Positions 49,040 to 61,920 of a stretch of 64,000 nt of DNA are shown one piece after another; position 1 is the first letter of the stretch, and each line of letters opens with the position of its first letter. The notes beneath the pieces were generated by a model, which saw only the letters and a program-made list of their open reading frames with translations, did not search any database and had not been told where the DNA came from. The stretch comes from Lama glama (taxonomy: Eukaryota): the NCBI GenBank assembly GCA_028534125.1, contig CM052818.1, positions 34,226,001 through 34,290,000 on the forward strand, in the 5' to 3' direction. Made by a program: the position numbers and the translations under genes.

Positions 49040-50893
49040 TTTTGATGGCAAGTCATAGCCATTATAAGCAGGAAGAAAGCAGGGATGCCTTCTCTGACCA
49101 TGATTATTAAATGATGTTTGCAATTCCCTAAAAAAATGTAGTAAGATAAGGAAATTAAATCTTCAAGATAAAAGTAGGAAAAAAGAGATAAATTGTGTTA
49201 TGATTGTATATCTAGAAAACCTAAGAAATTTGATAAGACAACAGATTATAAGATAAATATAATAAAATCAATATATTTTTTCCCTATGCTACCAGCCAGA
49301 TGGCTAGAAACAGAAATAGGAAAAAAATTTGTGTTCACAATAGTGAAAAACACTAGAAAACACTTAAGCATTAAAAAAAACACAGAAAACCCCCACTAAG
49401 AGCGGTCCAGAAAAGATGAATCTAAATATATTTTCTCTATTTGGATCTATTTTAGATCTAAAGTATTTTCTCTGTTTGGATCTATTTTGTTTAGAGGCTA
49501 CCCAGTGCTGGGAGTAGGAAATGGAGTGAATACAAATAGGCTTGAGTTTTCTTTTGGGTTGATGGAGATTTGCTAAAATTAATTTGCACGATGGTGGCAC
49601 AACACTTTAAATATACTAATAATCAGTGAATTGTACACTATTTAAAATGGGTGAATTTTATTGTAGGTAAGTTATATCTCAATACAGTTTCACAAAAAAA
49701 CAAAAAACTATAAGACAGGCACAGATTCTTAATAGAACTTCTCAAAGTACATAAAATAGGAGCTAAACAAAGTGAAATAAATATATTCTGAGATAGGAAA
49801 AGCTAATACCGTAAAATGTCAATTCTCCCAAAATTAATAGAGAACTGTAATAAAATTCCTATTAGAATTCCCAAAGGGTTAATTTTGAAATGGATAATAA
49901 TGGAATTGAGAAGAGTCAAGAAAATTATGAAAAGGAGTACTGTGGGGTAGGTACAGGACTTCCTTAGGAATAATAAAAGACACTAGATGAAATAACTATA
50001 ATTAAAGCTGTATAGTATCAGCATATGATTAGACAGGTAAGTGGAGCAAAGTAAGGTGCTTCGTAGCAGATTTCAATTAAATCCAACAAAAGTGATACTT
50101 CAGTCCAGCAGGGGGAAAATGATTTATTTAATGATAGATGGGGCTGGCATCACTGGCTATTTGTCTGGAAGAAAATTAAGTTGGCCCCCTGCCTTACAGC
50201 ATATACCCAAATCTGCCATTCATCTGAATTTATTTAAATGTAAAACATAAAACAATAAAAAATTAGAATGTGATATTACAGAAAAAGATATCATTTGATA
50301 TAAAAATGGTATCACAGAAATAAAGTCAATAAGCAACAAATAGCTTGAGAAACGTGCAGTGTATATGACACCGATGAACTCTTACAAATTGATAAGAAAA
50401 ATAAAACCAAGAGAAAGACGGGCACAGGATATCGATGTGACACACAGAAGAGCAAATCTAAATGATCAACAACTTATAAAGAGACGTTCAACCTCACCAA
50501 TAATCAAAGAGATGCAAATAAAAGTCACAGTGAGGTATCACTTCACATCCATCAGAACTGGCAAAAATTCCAGAGTGATCCCTGATGTCGGCAGGACTTG
50601 GGAAAAGAGGGGCTTGGGTTGGGAGAGGTTGTGCAGGCATTGCTGATGGAAATGTAAATTATTACATGCTTTTGGGGAACAATCTGAAAAGACCTCTATT
50701 AAAATTGTAAAAAGAACTCTGACTCAGCAAATCCACTCCTAAGACTCCATCCATAGAAATAAAAGCACCACAGAACATAAGGAGACATGGACAGAGAGTC
50801 CACTGCAGCACTTCTGGTAAGGCAAAAAACCAAACAACTGGAAACAAACTGAAAGTTCATCAACTGAGAATGGTTGAAAAATCCAGTACTATC
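49040..50893 (+). mobile_element. Highly degenerate LINE-1 ORF2/3' region (continues after the LTR to about 51720)
   Basis: tgattgtatatctagaaaaccta, aaaatgtcaattctcccaaaattaat, gttcaacctcaccaataatcaaagagatgcaaataaaagtcacagtgaggtatcacttcacatccatcaga. Confidence 0.75.
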
Positions 50894-51601
50894 TAAAGGA
50901 AAATTGTTTCCCTACTCACAACACTTCTGATCCTAACCACTGGGAGTTAGCGCAGACCCCTCAGCTAAGGGCTCAGTCCTACAAGACTGCCGCTACTGCA
51001 TGTCCCAGGTTGTCACTGACCATTCGACTATAAATTGGTGATTCCCACAACCCCCTCCTCATATTCAGTAATTTGCTAGAACATCTCACAAAGCTCAGAG
51101 AAACACTTTACTTTTACTGGATACAATTCAGGAACAGCCAAATGGAAGACATACACTGGGCAAGGCATGGGGAAGAGACATGGAGCTTCCATACCCTCTC
51201 CAGAGCACCACCCTCCCTGCATCTTGATGTGTTCACCAATCTAGAAGCTCTCCAAATTCCTTAGGGTTTTTATGGAGGTTCCATCACATAGGCATGATTG
51301 ACTAAATCATCGGCCATTGGTGATTAGCTCAGTCTCTCAATCCTTTTCCTGTCCTGGGAGGTAGGGTGAGGCTGAAAGTTCCAACTCTCTAATCGCCCAG
51401 TTGGTTCCCTTGGCAACCAGCACCCAGCCCCAGAGAGTCACCCTATTAGCATAAACTCAGGTAAGGTTGAAAGGGGGTTATTATGAATAACAAAAGACAC
51501 TTCTCTCTCCAATCAATCAGAAAATTGAGTTTTAGGAGCTCTGTGCCAGGAACTGGGGATGAAGACCAAATATATATTTCATATTATATCACAATATCAC
51601 A
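50894..51601 (-). mobile_element. MER21-like ERV solo LTR inserted into the old L1
   Basis: Reverse complement starts tgtgatattgtgatataatatgaaatatatatttggtcttcatccccagttcctggcacagagctcctaaaac, as in MER21B/C; flanking ctatc / ttatc is a possible 5-bp TSD. Confidence 0.78.
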
Positions 51602-51809
51602 TTATCCATGTCATAGAATATCATGCAATTTTTTAAAACTTAGATCCATCCATATCAATTGGCTTAAAGCTTCTTCCAAGATGTAATAAGAAAGGCAAGT
51701 TGTAGATGATACATATTTTACCAAAATAGAAATCCAGTACATGTACCCATGACATCTACACACACAGAAATAAAAGGATCCTATTCTAGTAAAACGAACA
51801 AGGCTGAAA

Positions 51810-51860
51810 AATATCTATATCTATATCTGTCTGTCTATCTACCTATCTGTCTATCTATAT
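51810..51860. repeat. Compound (ATCT/GTCT/ATATCT)n microsatellite
   Basis: atatctatatctatatctgtctgtctatctacctatctgtctatctatat. Confidence 0.8.
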
Positions 51861-52050
51861 TTATACACAATAATGTGTATGGAGTAAAATATGGGTGAAA
51901 GCACCCCTGTTTGTTTACAGTGGTTACCGAAGGGTGAGGTGGTGGTATTTAGTTGGAGAAGAGGAATGGATAAGAGAAAAATGGGGGAGGAGGAAAATCT
52001 AATTCTTTTAAAAAAAGAAAGAAAATTGTCAACAATTAAAACAGAATAGG

Positions 52051-53180
52051 AGCTAGAACACTCCCTCACACCATACACAAAAATAAACTCAAAATGGATC
52101 AAAGACTTAAACATAAGACAAGATACAATAAACCTCCGAAAAGAAAATATAGGCAAAACATTATCTGACATACATCTCAAAAATGTTCTCCTAGGACAGT
52201 CTACCCAAGCAATAGAAATAAAAGCAAGAATAAACAAATGGGACCTAATTAAACTTACAAGCTCTGTACAGCAAAGGAAACCATAAATAAAACAAAATGA
52301 CAACCTACGGAATGGGAGAAAATTTTTGCAAATGAAACCAACAAAGGCTTGATCTCCAGAATATATAAGCAGCTCATATGACTTAATAAGAAAAAAACAA
52401 ACAGCCCCATCCAAAAATGGGCAAAAGACCTAAACGAGCAATTCTCCAAGGAAGAAATACAAATGATTAATAGTCACATGAAAAAATGNNNNNNNNNNNN
52501 NNNNNNNNNNNNNNNNNNNNNNNNNNNNNNNNNNNNNNNNNNNNNNNNNNNNNNNNNNNNNNNNNNNNNNNNNNNNNNNNNNNNNNNNNNNNNNNNNNNN
52601 NNNNNNNNNNNNNNNNNNNNNNNNNNNNNNNNNNNNNNNNNNNNNNNNNNNNNNNNNNNNNNNNNNNNNNNNNNNNNNNNNNNNNNNNNNNNNNNNNNNN
52701 NNNNNNNNNNNNNNNNNNNNNNNNNNNNNNNNNNNNNNNNNNNNNNNNNNNNNNNNNNNNNNNNNNNNNNNNNNNNNNNNNNNNNNNNNNNNNNNNNNNN
52801 NNNNNNNNNNNNNNNNNNNNNNNNNNNNNNNNNNNNNNNNNNNNNNNNNNNNNNNNNNNNNNNNNNNNNNNNNNNNNNNNNNNNNNNNNNNNNNNNNNNN
52901 NNNNNNNNNNNNNNNNNNNNNNNNNNNNNNNNNNNNNNNNNNNNNNNNNNNNNNNNNNNNNNNNNNNNNNNNNNNNNNNNNNNNNNNNGATAAACAAGAT
53001 TATACTGTATAGCACAGGGAAATATACACAAGATCTTGTGGTAGCTCGCAGAGAAAAAAATGTGACAATGAATATATATATGTTCATGTATAACTGAAAA
53101 ATTGTGCTCTACACTGGAATTTGACACAATATTGTGAAATGATTATAAACCAATAAAAAATGTTAAACAAAACCCCCCAA
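52051..53180 (+). mobile_element. Relatively young 5'-truncated LINE-1 spanning an assembly gap
   Basis: ORF2 C-terminal peptide LEHSLTPYTKINSKWIKDLNIRQDTINL...INKWDLIKL with a frameshift and a stop; 3'UTR with AATAAA; perfect 13-bp TSD aaaacagaatagg at 52038-52050 and 53181-53193. Confidence 0.92.
52489..52988. other. Assembly gap of 500 N
   Basis: Run of exactly 500 N. Confidence 1.
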
Positions 53181-55104
53181 AAAACAGAATAGGCTTATGT
53201 GTGTGGGTGTGTCTACATAATGAGATGCATCAAAGAAGGTCACCAAAATGCAAATGTCTTAGGGTTGTGAGATGTCAGGTGACTTTTATTTTCTTTCTTA
53301 CACATTTAAATATTGTTTACATTTTTCACAGTGAACACATGTTATTTATAAAACCAGGGGTGGGGGAAGCAATAAAATCATTTTCACCGAGGCAAAAACA
53401 ACCTATCCGTCCTTTAAGGTCAGTCAAATTTCCTGAGCCCCTGTATGTGCCACACATGGTACCAGATGAGCTTTATTTCTAAACCTCAGAGCAACACTGC
53501 AATGAATGAGGACACAACGGGGTTCAGATAGCTCACTTTTTGGGCTATCCTTGTCACACTATTTACCTTCTGTCTGGCCAACCCACATGTCCATCACCCA
53601 CCAGGTAGACAGACGCCCTCTAGGTGCCCTTCACCATCCTGGATGGTGGGCTTCAAAATGAGTACTGGAGAATCCCTGTCTTCAAGAATCTCAAGCCTCT
53701 GCCTCTCTGCTAGTATTTCAGTCTGTGGTCGCCGGAGGGGTGAGACTGCATTATAGGTATTTTGTGTTAACATCTGTGTTGTCCTTGGCACAGGGCCCCG
53801 CAAATGTTCAATTTGTTGACTACTACTTAGAAGTGGGAAAACACAAAGAGAGAAGCCCTGAGCTATGTTTCCCAGGCTCTGGACGGTCTCTTCACCTATA
53901 GAGTCTTTCTCAATGGCCATACTGATTATGATTAAGTCTTACCAAAAAAAACAAAAAACAAAAAACTCTCTGATTACTCCAAGCTCACAATAAACCTAAA
54001 ACCAAAAAACAAAACCTTTCCACACATCCTAACTGAGAACAGAGGATTCTACAATCCTAGGAGGAAAGACCACGTTTTCTGTGCTGCTTATTGACCATCT
54101 AGAGCATGAAGCACGTGAACAAAGGTTCTCAAAGAAGAAACAAGAGATTATTGTAATACAGGCTTAAAAAGCATACTGCATTTATGCACACGATCTCCTT
54201 AAACATACACACAATACATGAACTATATTTTGAAACTCATCATTGTATCGTCATTGATTTTTATCAGGGAAGAAAATCGCTAAGGGTGGTCTGGGGGCCC
54301 AGGGAAACAGTGAGTCTATGTCAATTCCTGCAGATAAAGAAAAGATCTCCTCCTTTTCCATCCTCCCTTGTTACTTCCCTGAGCACGCTAAAGGGGAGGA
54401 AGTGAGGATGTGCTCAGTTGCCCCTAAAACCACCTTCAGCCTGTCCCCATTCCCCTGCTGCCCAAGCCTCTCTCCTCTAACTGCAGCTGAACACACCAGC
54501 CAAGCAGATCCCTCCACGTCCTTGGCCTCATCCTGCAGTTTCACACCCATCTCTCTGCCTGAATGTCCTCTTCCAAATCCTGCCTGGACACCAGTCAAGG
54601 AAGACTGCTGATATATCTTAAGGGCCAGGATTATTCTCACAGCCTGTGGGCCCTGCCCTACATTAGTCATGCTATACACTTGGCCACCTCACTGCCAGTT
54701 ACACAGTCTTCAAGGCTGGCTCCTCCCTCTTCTGTACCTCTATGCAATGCAAACACGGTACCTGGCTAGCGGCACATGCTTGGAGAATGGTAATCATCTT
54801 CCCCTTTAACCATCTACTAAATAATCCTACTTTTGGATATTTACCTGCTTTTTATAGAAAGACACCTAGATGACACCTAGACATCTAGGTTCGCCCTTTG
54901 AGACTGGGTCCAAAGACTGTGGCATTGAGTGAGCCTTGGGGCAAACAGGGCAGGTCTTCCTGGAGCACTTTGGTGGGCTTCAACATTTTAACTGTAATTT
55001 CCAAAATTCTTTATAACTTTATATCAAAACAAAAAAAAAGGTATCTTGTAAACTAGAGTGCAGACATTGCATTATTTTTTTAAGAGTAAAAAAAATGAGG
55101 CTTC

Positions 55105-55362
55105 AACAATCACAAAAGGCCACATATGATCCCATTTATATGAAATGTCCAGAATAGGCAAATCTGTAGAGACAGGAAACAGATTAGTGGTTGCAGGAGC
55201 TAGAGTTGGGGAGGAGAATGGGAAGTGACTTAGGGGTAAGGGGTTTCTTTTTGGGTGAGGAAAAGGTTCTAAAATTAGAGGACAGTGAAATCATTGAATT
55301 GTACCCATTACATGGGTGAACTTTATGGTATGTATATTGTATCTGAATAATGCTGATAAAAG
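55105..55362 (+). mobile_element. L1MB-like 3' end
   Basis: cacaaaaggccacatatgatcccatttatatgaaatgtccagaataggcaaatctgtagagacag ... gggtgaactttatggtatgtatattgtatctgaataatgctg. Confidence 0.82.
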
Positions 55363-55542
55363 ACTTCAAAAGATATTTCAAACTTGCATCAGGTGCTTCA
55401 GGCTAAGCCCCCAGGGCAAGCTTAGGGAAGAATGGAAACTCCAGCGTGATCCACAAGTTAAGAAACAGGCATCTGGGGAACAGCTCTGGCAGGCAGTGAG
55501 TGTCAAGACTGTCCCCAGAGCTCCTGGTCAGCAGCAGAAACC

Positions 55543-55587
55543 AAACACATAACACATAAACACATAAACAGCATAAACACATAAACA
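55543..55587. repeat. Short tandem repeat (AAACACAT)n, about 5 copies
   Basis: aaacacataacacataaacacataaacagcataaacacataaaca. Confidence 0.8.
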
Positions 55588-56139
55588 GGGGTGGGGATGC
55601 CAACAGCCTGGGACCATTTCTGGAGGTGGATCCTGGTAAAGGGCGTGAAGGGGAGGCGGTGGCCCAGCTGAGCAGGGGGTGGGCTGGGCCGAGGGGAATG
55701 CAGGCAGCTGGCTTCGTGTGAAGTGAGGGCACATTCGGTGACAGTGGGAAGGGGCTGGGCTCCCAGGTGGCTTCAGACGAAGATGACTACCGGTGGAGGG
55801 GGAAGGGGACCCCCTCCTTTCCTTCTAAGGAGAGTCCCTCAGAGGGCATGTGCCAGATCTCATGGGGCATGGGAACCAACAGGGGAACGTGCCCTCAACA
55901 AGTACCCTCCCACCACCAAACAAAGCACAACAGCAAAAACAACTGAGGACGGGCTGAAACAACTTCCGGAATAGGTTGCATACATCGAAAAGGGCCACTT
56001 AATGGAGTGTGGACCACCCCCACAATTGCTTTCTAGTGAATTCCTCTGCGGAGCTCCATCCCTGCCCGCCTCCCCACCAATCTGGGCAGAACGCCCTGCC
56101 CCACTCTGCTGGACCTCCACACACAGAGGTGCCCCTGTA

Positions 56140-56600
56140 GTAATTAAAGAATTACCACAAACCTAGCTTAAAACAACCCACATTTATTACCTCACACTTT
56201 CTGTGGGTCAGGAGTCCTGGGTTCTCTGCTTACAGCCTGACTGCAACTGAGGTTTTAGACGGGCTATGTTCTCATCTGGAGATCTGACTGCAAAGAACTC
56301 CTTCCCAGCTCACTCAGGTAGTTGACAGAACTCATTTGCTTATGGTCATAGCCTTCCAGCTAGAGGCCACTCAGCTTCCAGGGCCATCCAATTTCTTGCC
56401 AAGTGGGGTTTCCCAGCACAGCCACTTATTCCATCAAGCCAGCAGGAGAGTCTCTAGGGCAAGTCTGCCAGTAAAATGGGGTCTTACGTCACATGATAGT
56501 CATGGATATGACATCCCCATCATTTTTGCCATCTTCTGTTGGTTAAAAGCAAGTCATAGGAAGGGCTCACACAAGGGAGTGAACCCAGGAGTTTGTCTTC
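56140..56600 (-). mobile_element. MLT1-family (MaLR) LTR
   Basis: aattaccacaaacctagcttaaaacaacccacatttattacctcacactttctgtgggtcaggagt ... cagctcactcaggtagttgacagaa ... cacacaagggagtgaacccagga. Confidence 0.7.
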
Positions 56601-57299
56601 ATTGTCCTTACAGAGAAAACATGCCCACAAGTAACCAGAATGCAAAGCAGAATGGAACACTACTCAAACGAATTAACTCTGCAGGAGAATCCAGGGGTCT
56701 TTTAACGTGTCATTTGACAACAAAGAGGGAAAATTACCGGAAACTGTCTGCACTGGATACAGCTCACTGGAAGTTAAACTGCCCCGGAGGTTCCTCCTCT
56801 GTGAAGTGATTAAATGTCATGTAAGGTTCTTTCCAGGCCCAGTATCCTATGATGACACCCAGCCCGCTGCAGGCACTCAGTAAGCACCCGTTCCATGAAG
56901 GAAGGGATGAAGGGATGAGCACATGCACGGAGTTCATGATGCCCCCTGAGCGCTTCTAACCTTCTGCATCCTAAGATTTAAGCTAAATTTCCCTGAATGA
57001 AAATGACTAAAAGGGAAAATGCTAGCAATGTATTTGGGAGTCAGTAGTAACGTGTCATCTTCACTTCCTGGCCCTAAAGCCTTTCTGTTTTGAATGTGTT
57101 ACACATTCTGTCAGTTTAGTAGGCTGGAAAGCCCTACTCTGCAGGCTTATTTAGGGGTCCCTCCATCTGGGGATCCATTTGAGAACATAAGCCATGAGCA
57201 TGGGGCTGAGATCTGTACCCTTCTCGAGTGTTCTCGAGTCCCTAATACGTAATCCAAGCCAGCCAGGATTGCCAAATTATTATCGTTTAAACAGGTAAA

Positions 57300-57792
57300 A
57301 TACATACATGATAAACATTTAAAACCATAGAAATAGTGAACAGTTCCCCAGTCCTTCTCCAAAGACCAGCATCATCGTAGGTTTTCTTGTATTTCCTTCC
57401 AAGGATGACTGTGCAATTTAAGTATATATGTATATATTTTATTTCACATAAATAGCAGCATCCATTAAATATTGTTTTGCCTGCTTTTTCCCTATTCAAC
57501 AATATATATTGGAGATTGTTCTATATCAGAGCAGAAATTATCTGCCTAATTTTTAATGGCTGCCTAATATTTCTTTGTAAGGATGGATCATAATGTATTT
57601 AACTGGCTCTCCAATGAGGAGAATTTAGGTTGGGTCCAATTTTTCGCTAATACAAATAATGCTGCAATAATACCCCTTCCTGTTTTTCATTGTGCACATA
57701 TACTTGTACATTTTAGGATAAATTGTTAGAAGTGGTATTGCTGGGTAAAAGGGTGTGTGCACTTTTAATTTCAACAGATAGTGCTGAACTGT
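57300..57792 (-). mobile_element. Old L1ME-like fragment
   Basis: ttttaatggctgcctaatattt...ataatgtatttaac...atttaggttgggtccaatttttcgctaatacaaataatgctgcaataa...agaagtggtattgctgggtaaaaggg. Confidence 0.78.
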
Positions 57793-58052
57793 AAGCCTGC
57801 TGGTTTTACCTGGTAAGGAATCGTGACAGTCTCAGCAGCAACACAGCGTGGCTGTCACAGAACATCAGAGCTGCCAGATAGCATCTGGTCTCCATCTCAT
57901 TGTACAGAGGAGGGAACCGAGCCACTTTGAACTTCCGGTGTGCTCTGTTACCTCTGCACCAGCTACCCTATTGTCCAGCGTGCTCATTTGACAGTCATGT
58001 ACTTGGACAATATTGTAATATACCTTTATTTATCTCAAGGCACCTCACTTTA

Positions 58053-58140
58053 TTATTATTTTTAATGGAGGTACTGGGGATTGAACCCAGGACCTCGTGC
58101 ATGCTAAGCATGTGCTCTACCGCTGAGCTATACCCACCCC
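58053..58140 (-). mobile_element. vic-1-type SINE, short form
   Basis: aatggaggtactggggattgaacccaggacctcgtgcatgctaagcatgtgctctaccgctgagctatacccacccc; 20-bp TSD with 2 mismatches at 58033-58052 and 58141-58160. Confidence 0.92.
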
Positions 58141-58174
58141 TCTCAAAGCACCTAACTTTAGTACCAAGAGACAC

Positions 58175-58378
58175 TATTAGCTCCACTTACTTAGTGCTTA
58201 CCACAGCCCGCCAGGCTCTGGGCATGTTATCCCTTGAGTCCTCCTCATAAATCTATGAGAAAGATATTAGCATCCTTCTAAATCATCAGGAAACTGAGGC
58301 TTGGGGAGATTAAATGACTTTGTCCAAGGTCTCTCATGCCTGGGAAGTAGCAGAGTCAGGATTCAAACCCCACCTCTC
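58175..58378 (-). mobile_element. MIR SINE
   Basis: acttagtgcttacc...caggaaactgaggcttggggagattaaatgactttgtccaaggtc...aagtagcagagtcaggattcaaaccc. Confidence 0.8.
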
Positions 58379-60444
58379 TCTTATGTGCAAGCTCCTTCCT
58401 GGAAATTGCACTGTTCCTTGCACACATCCCAGAGACACGTGAGAGGAGGTTCAAGCCCATCTCAAATAACAGCTCAGTGCAACTTAAGTGTGGGTACTGA
58501 TGGTTAGTAAACCTCTCTCTCACTTGCCAGGCTGCTCCAACATTGATTGCTAGTTTCTGGATATTTGCATTCTACTGGCAGATATTTAGAATTTAACTAA
58601 GTATTGGATGCTTCTCATACTGTTTCATCTCTCCAAAACTTGGAGACCATTTAATTTCTTTCACAATGGTCAAATTTTGGTGCTATCTGCTATTAAGAGA
58701 CAATGCAATTTTGTAGAATTTACTGGTAAAATTTGTTTCACTTGGAGTCCTTTGCCCTCCAAGTTATTATTGCAGGTTCTGTTTTTTAAATGACTGATTA
58801 TCTCAGACAATTTTATTCCTGTATTAACACAAATTTTTTGATGACCAACTTGCCAACTAAGACTCATTAGAAAGCATTCTCTGATCAAGGAACTCTGCAA
58901 CATGTTATTATGCCTTTCAAGGCATTAACATGTATTTATGCATTTCTCTTTATGTGAAAACTACCAAGCATTATGAGTAAAATTGCATCCCCCGCACCAA
59001 AACCTTTTTTTAAGGGGATCTCAATTCTCAAAAACATATTATCAGCTGGGTAATAAAATCATGTATGTGATGTTCACAAAGATGTAAACAGTATTAAAAA
59101 TTTTAAAACTTGGACATAATCCAAATGTTCATCAATAAGTAAATGTTTAAATATAGTACATTCTAGTGAAATGGTAGGCATCCATTTAAAAGTTTACATT
59201 TCTGAATTAGGCAAAGACACAGAAAAGTCTTCTTCTAATGTCAGATGAAAGAACAAAATACAGAATAGTATCCATATTGTGTTTACAACTCTGTAAAAAT
59301 TATGTGAGTGTACAGACAAGGGTTTCATGAAACAAGCAGGCATTACATTAGCTGTATTAGCAAAATGGTCTATAAGTGGTCTTACAATCAGTTAAATATT
59401 GGAATATTATACAGTTTAAAGTACAAAATTAAGTCTTCTATGAAAAGAGATATGAAATATCTAAGTGCTTAAGGGACTCAGAGTTCAAGCTGTACATCTA
59501 AGTTTGAAAGCAATGATAAATCTGAATTCCCTCACTTGCTTGTATGAGGACCAGTACCAAACATAACAGGAAAAAATTCTTTCTGGGGAACAACTTGGGC
59601 AGTGAATGGGTCTCGTAAGGAAAAACCAGCCAGCTCAGGAAATCATGACTGCCCCATCACGCTTCTTTGGTGGCAAAGGTTTCATTCCCATTATCCTATA
59701 ACTGTGCCTAAATCTCTGCCCTTGATCTACACTGGCCATGTTGATGGCTGCCATCTTTCCTGGGCCAACAATGAAGACCAGCCATGGAGAGGAAGTGCAT
59801 TTGCCCATCTCCATGATCCGGAAGCTACTGCTCGTATCTATGTGTCTCATCTTTATTGTTTTCCAGTAGTTGCAGAGGTTTTATTCCATTATAATCCCAT
59901 TGTAAAAATCATGTGCATTTTAAGTCTTTTTAGAAACCCACAAAAAAATGAGCTTTATGCTATAATTCTAATCCCCAAATAAGAAATCTGAACTTTGTGA
60001 TTCCAAACGGACACTTGTTGAGGAATTTTTTTAAGCCACAGAAATTACACAATTCAAAATTGTTATTTTGACCTAATACAATAAATAAAACAGCCGAATA
60101 AAAATCCCTTGTTAATCTTGTTCAAGGCTGACAGGATATCTCTGGAATGATCTTTGGACCTATGTTGCAATTATAATCTGATTCTCAGCTTTTCCCTTAG
60201 AAACAAGAGTAAGAAAGTTGCTGTAGCCAGACCAAGGCTGAAGCACAGCCATCCATTTAAAAATGTTCATTTCTGCTACTGTGGAATCAGACATGGCTAA
60301 GATCTATTTTTTTTTAACTGAAGAATAAGAATAAGATCAAGACACAAAATTTTGCCAGCCTTTAGGACTTCTGAAAAACAGTTGAATCACAGCATTGCAT
60401 GCCTTGGGAGTGACATTTTTTCCCCCCAATTTCACCATTTATTG

Positions 60445-60980
60445 TACTATTTGGCACAGTCTACTAAAATACAACACATGCATAGCCCTGACCTGAATTC
60501 CACTCCTAAATATATACCCAAGAGAAACACATATACATCCACCCAAAGACATGTAATAGAATGTTCCCAATAGCACTATTCATGAACTAGAAACTACCCA
60601 AATGGCCATTAACAACATAATGGATAAATAAATTGTAGTACATTTACACAAGGGAATGCTATATAGCAATGAAAATTAACATATAAAATGCAACAAACAT
60701 AACGCTGAGCAAAAGAAGCCACTCGTGAAAGCGTACCCACTGTATGATTCCAACTGTACAAAAGTTCAAAAATAGGCAAAGCTGATCCATGCTGATGGTG
60801 GTTTGTGAACTTGGAGGAAGAGTAGTTACTACAAGGGGGATCTGGGGTACCAGTAATCTGTGTCTTGCTCACATGCTGATTACATGGCTGTATTTAGTTT
60901 GGGAAAACTAATTAAAGCTACACACTTAATGATTTGTATACTTTAGCTGTTACACTTCACTAGAAAGTTTAGAAAATACA
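60445..60980 (+). mobile_element. L1MC/ME-like 3' fragment
   Basis: aattccactcctaaatatatacccaagagaaa...caaagacatgtaatagaatgttc...tgtatgattccaactgtacaaaagttcaaaaataggcaaa. Confidence 0.8.
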
Positions 60981-61920
60981 AATATTTAAAAAATACACCC
61001 TCAGTCCCCCAAAGTCACCATTTTTTATGTGTGTAGCCCAAATACCGGGCAACATGCCAAACTTAACACATTCCAAGTAACTTCATTAAAGTTGCGTTTC
61101 ACATCTGTTGGAAACAGGAGCAAAAAGACATTAAATGAAAAAATCGGGGGCTATGTTTGGATTTTATAACAGAATGAAAATATCAATCCACAAAGGCAGA
61201 AATACGGTTGAAATGCTAAAAACAAGAAAGGAGGCGACTTCGCCATCAATAGTGGATCATGCTCTGGGGAAGGACAAAGGGAAGGACAGGACCAGACAAA
61301 AGCAGGGAGAATAAAGACCCAAGGCCTGAGAAATTCGGGGGAGCCCATGGGGTATTTGAAATTAACAAAGGAAAAGCCTGTCTATGGACACTGAAGTGAC
61401 ACAAAGAGGGTGTGACCGAGTCCTGGGCTCTGCTACTGTGTACGGAGACACATTCACAAGAAGCTGCGGCAGTGATAGACTCAAAAAACTTTGCAGAGCC
61501 AATGAAAAGGGCCGGATGTTAGGGGGTGAGGAGGGACACAACACCCAATTCAGAATGCAGATATTCTCCCACTTTGAATCTAGAGAATCTAGTCGTTCAT
61601 AAAACCTCAACTTCACTTAAGCCATGTGATTTTAAGTTTAAATGGAGAGCCAGAGGTCTCGATGGCTGGAAAATCCTGTAAAATATCATCTTAATCATTC
61701 AATAAGTCATTCCTTCAGTATTATCCATTGAATGCTTGCTCTGAGCAGTATTTTGTGCTAGAAGCTACATGGATGAAAAAAAAGGGCCAAATTCTATTTT
61801 AAACAAGGTAAGGAGCACCATTTTGTAATGGAATAGCCCATTGCTAAACTCTTAAGTTTATTACAAACCTTACACCCAACAAGTGAGGTAGCTTGGGATA
61901 GTGTTTAAAAGCAAGGACCC

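Noticed and set aside
52463..53127. Long ORFs of 176-217 aa
   Set aside because: Artefacts of translating the N gap.
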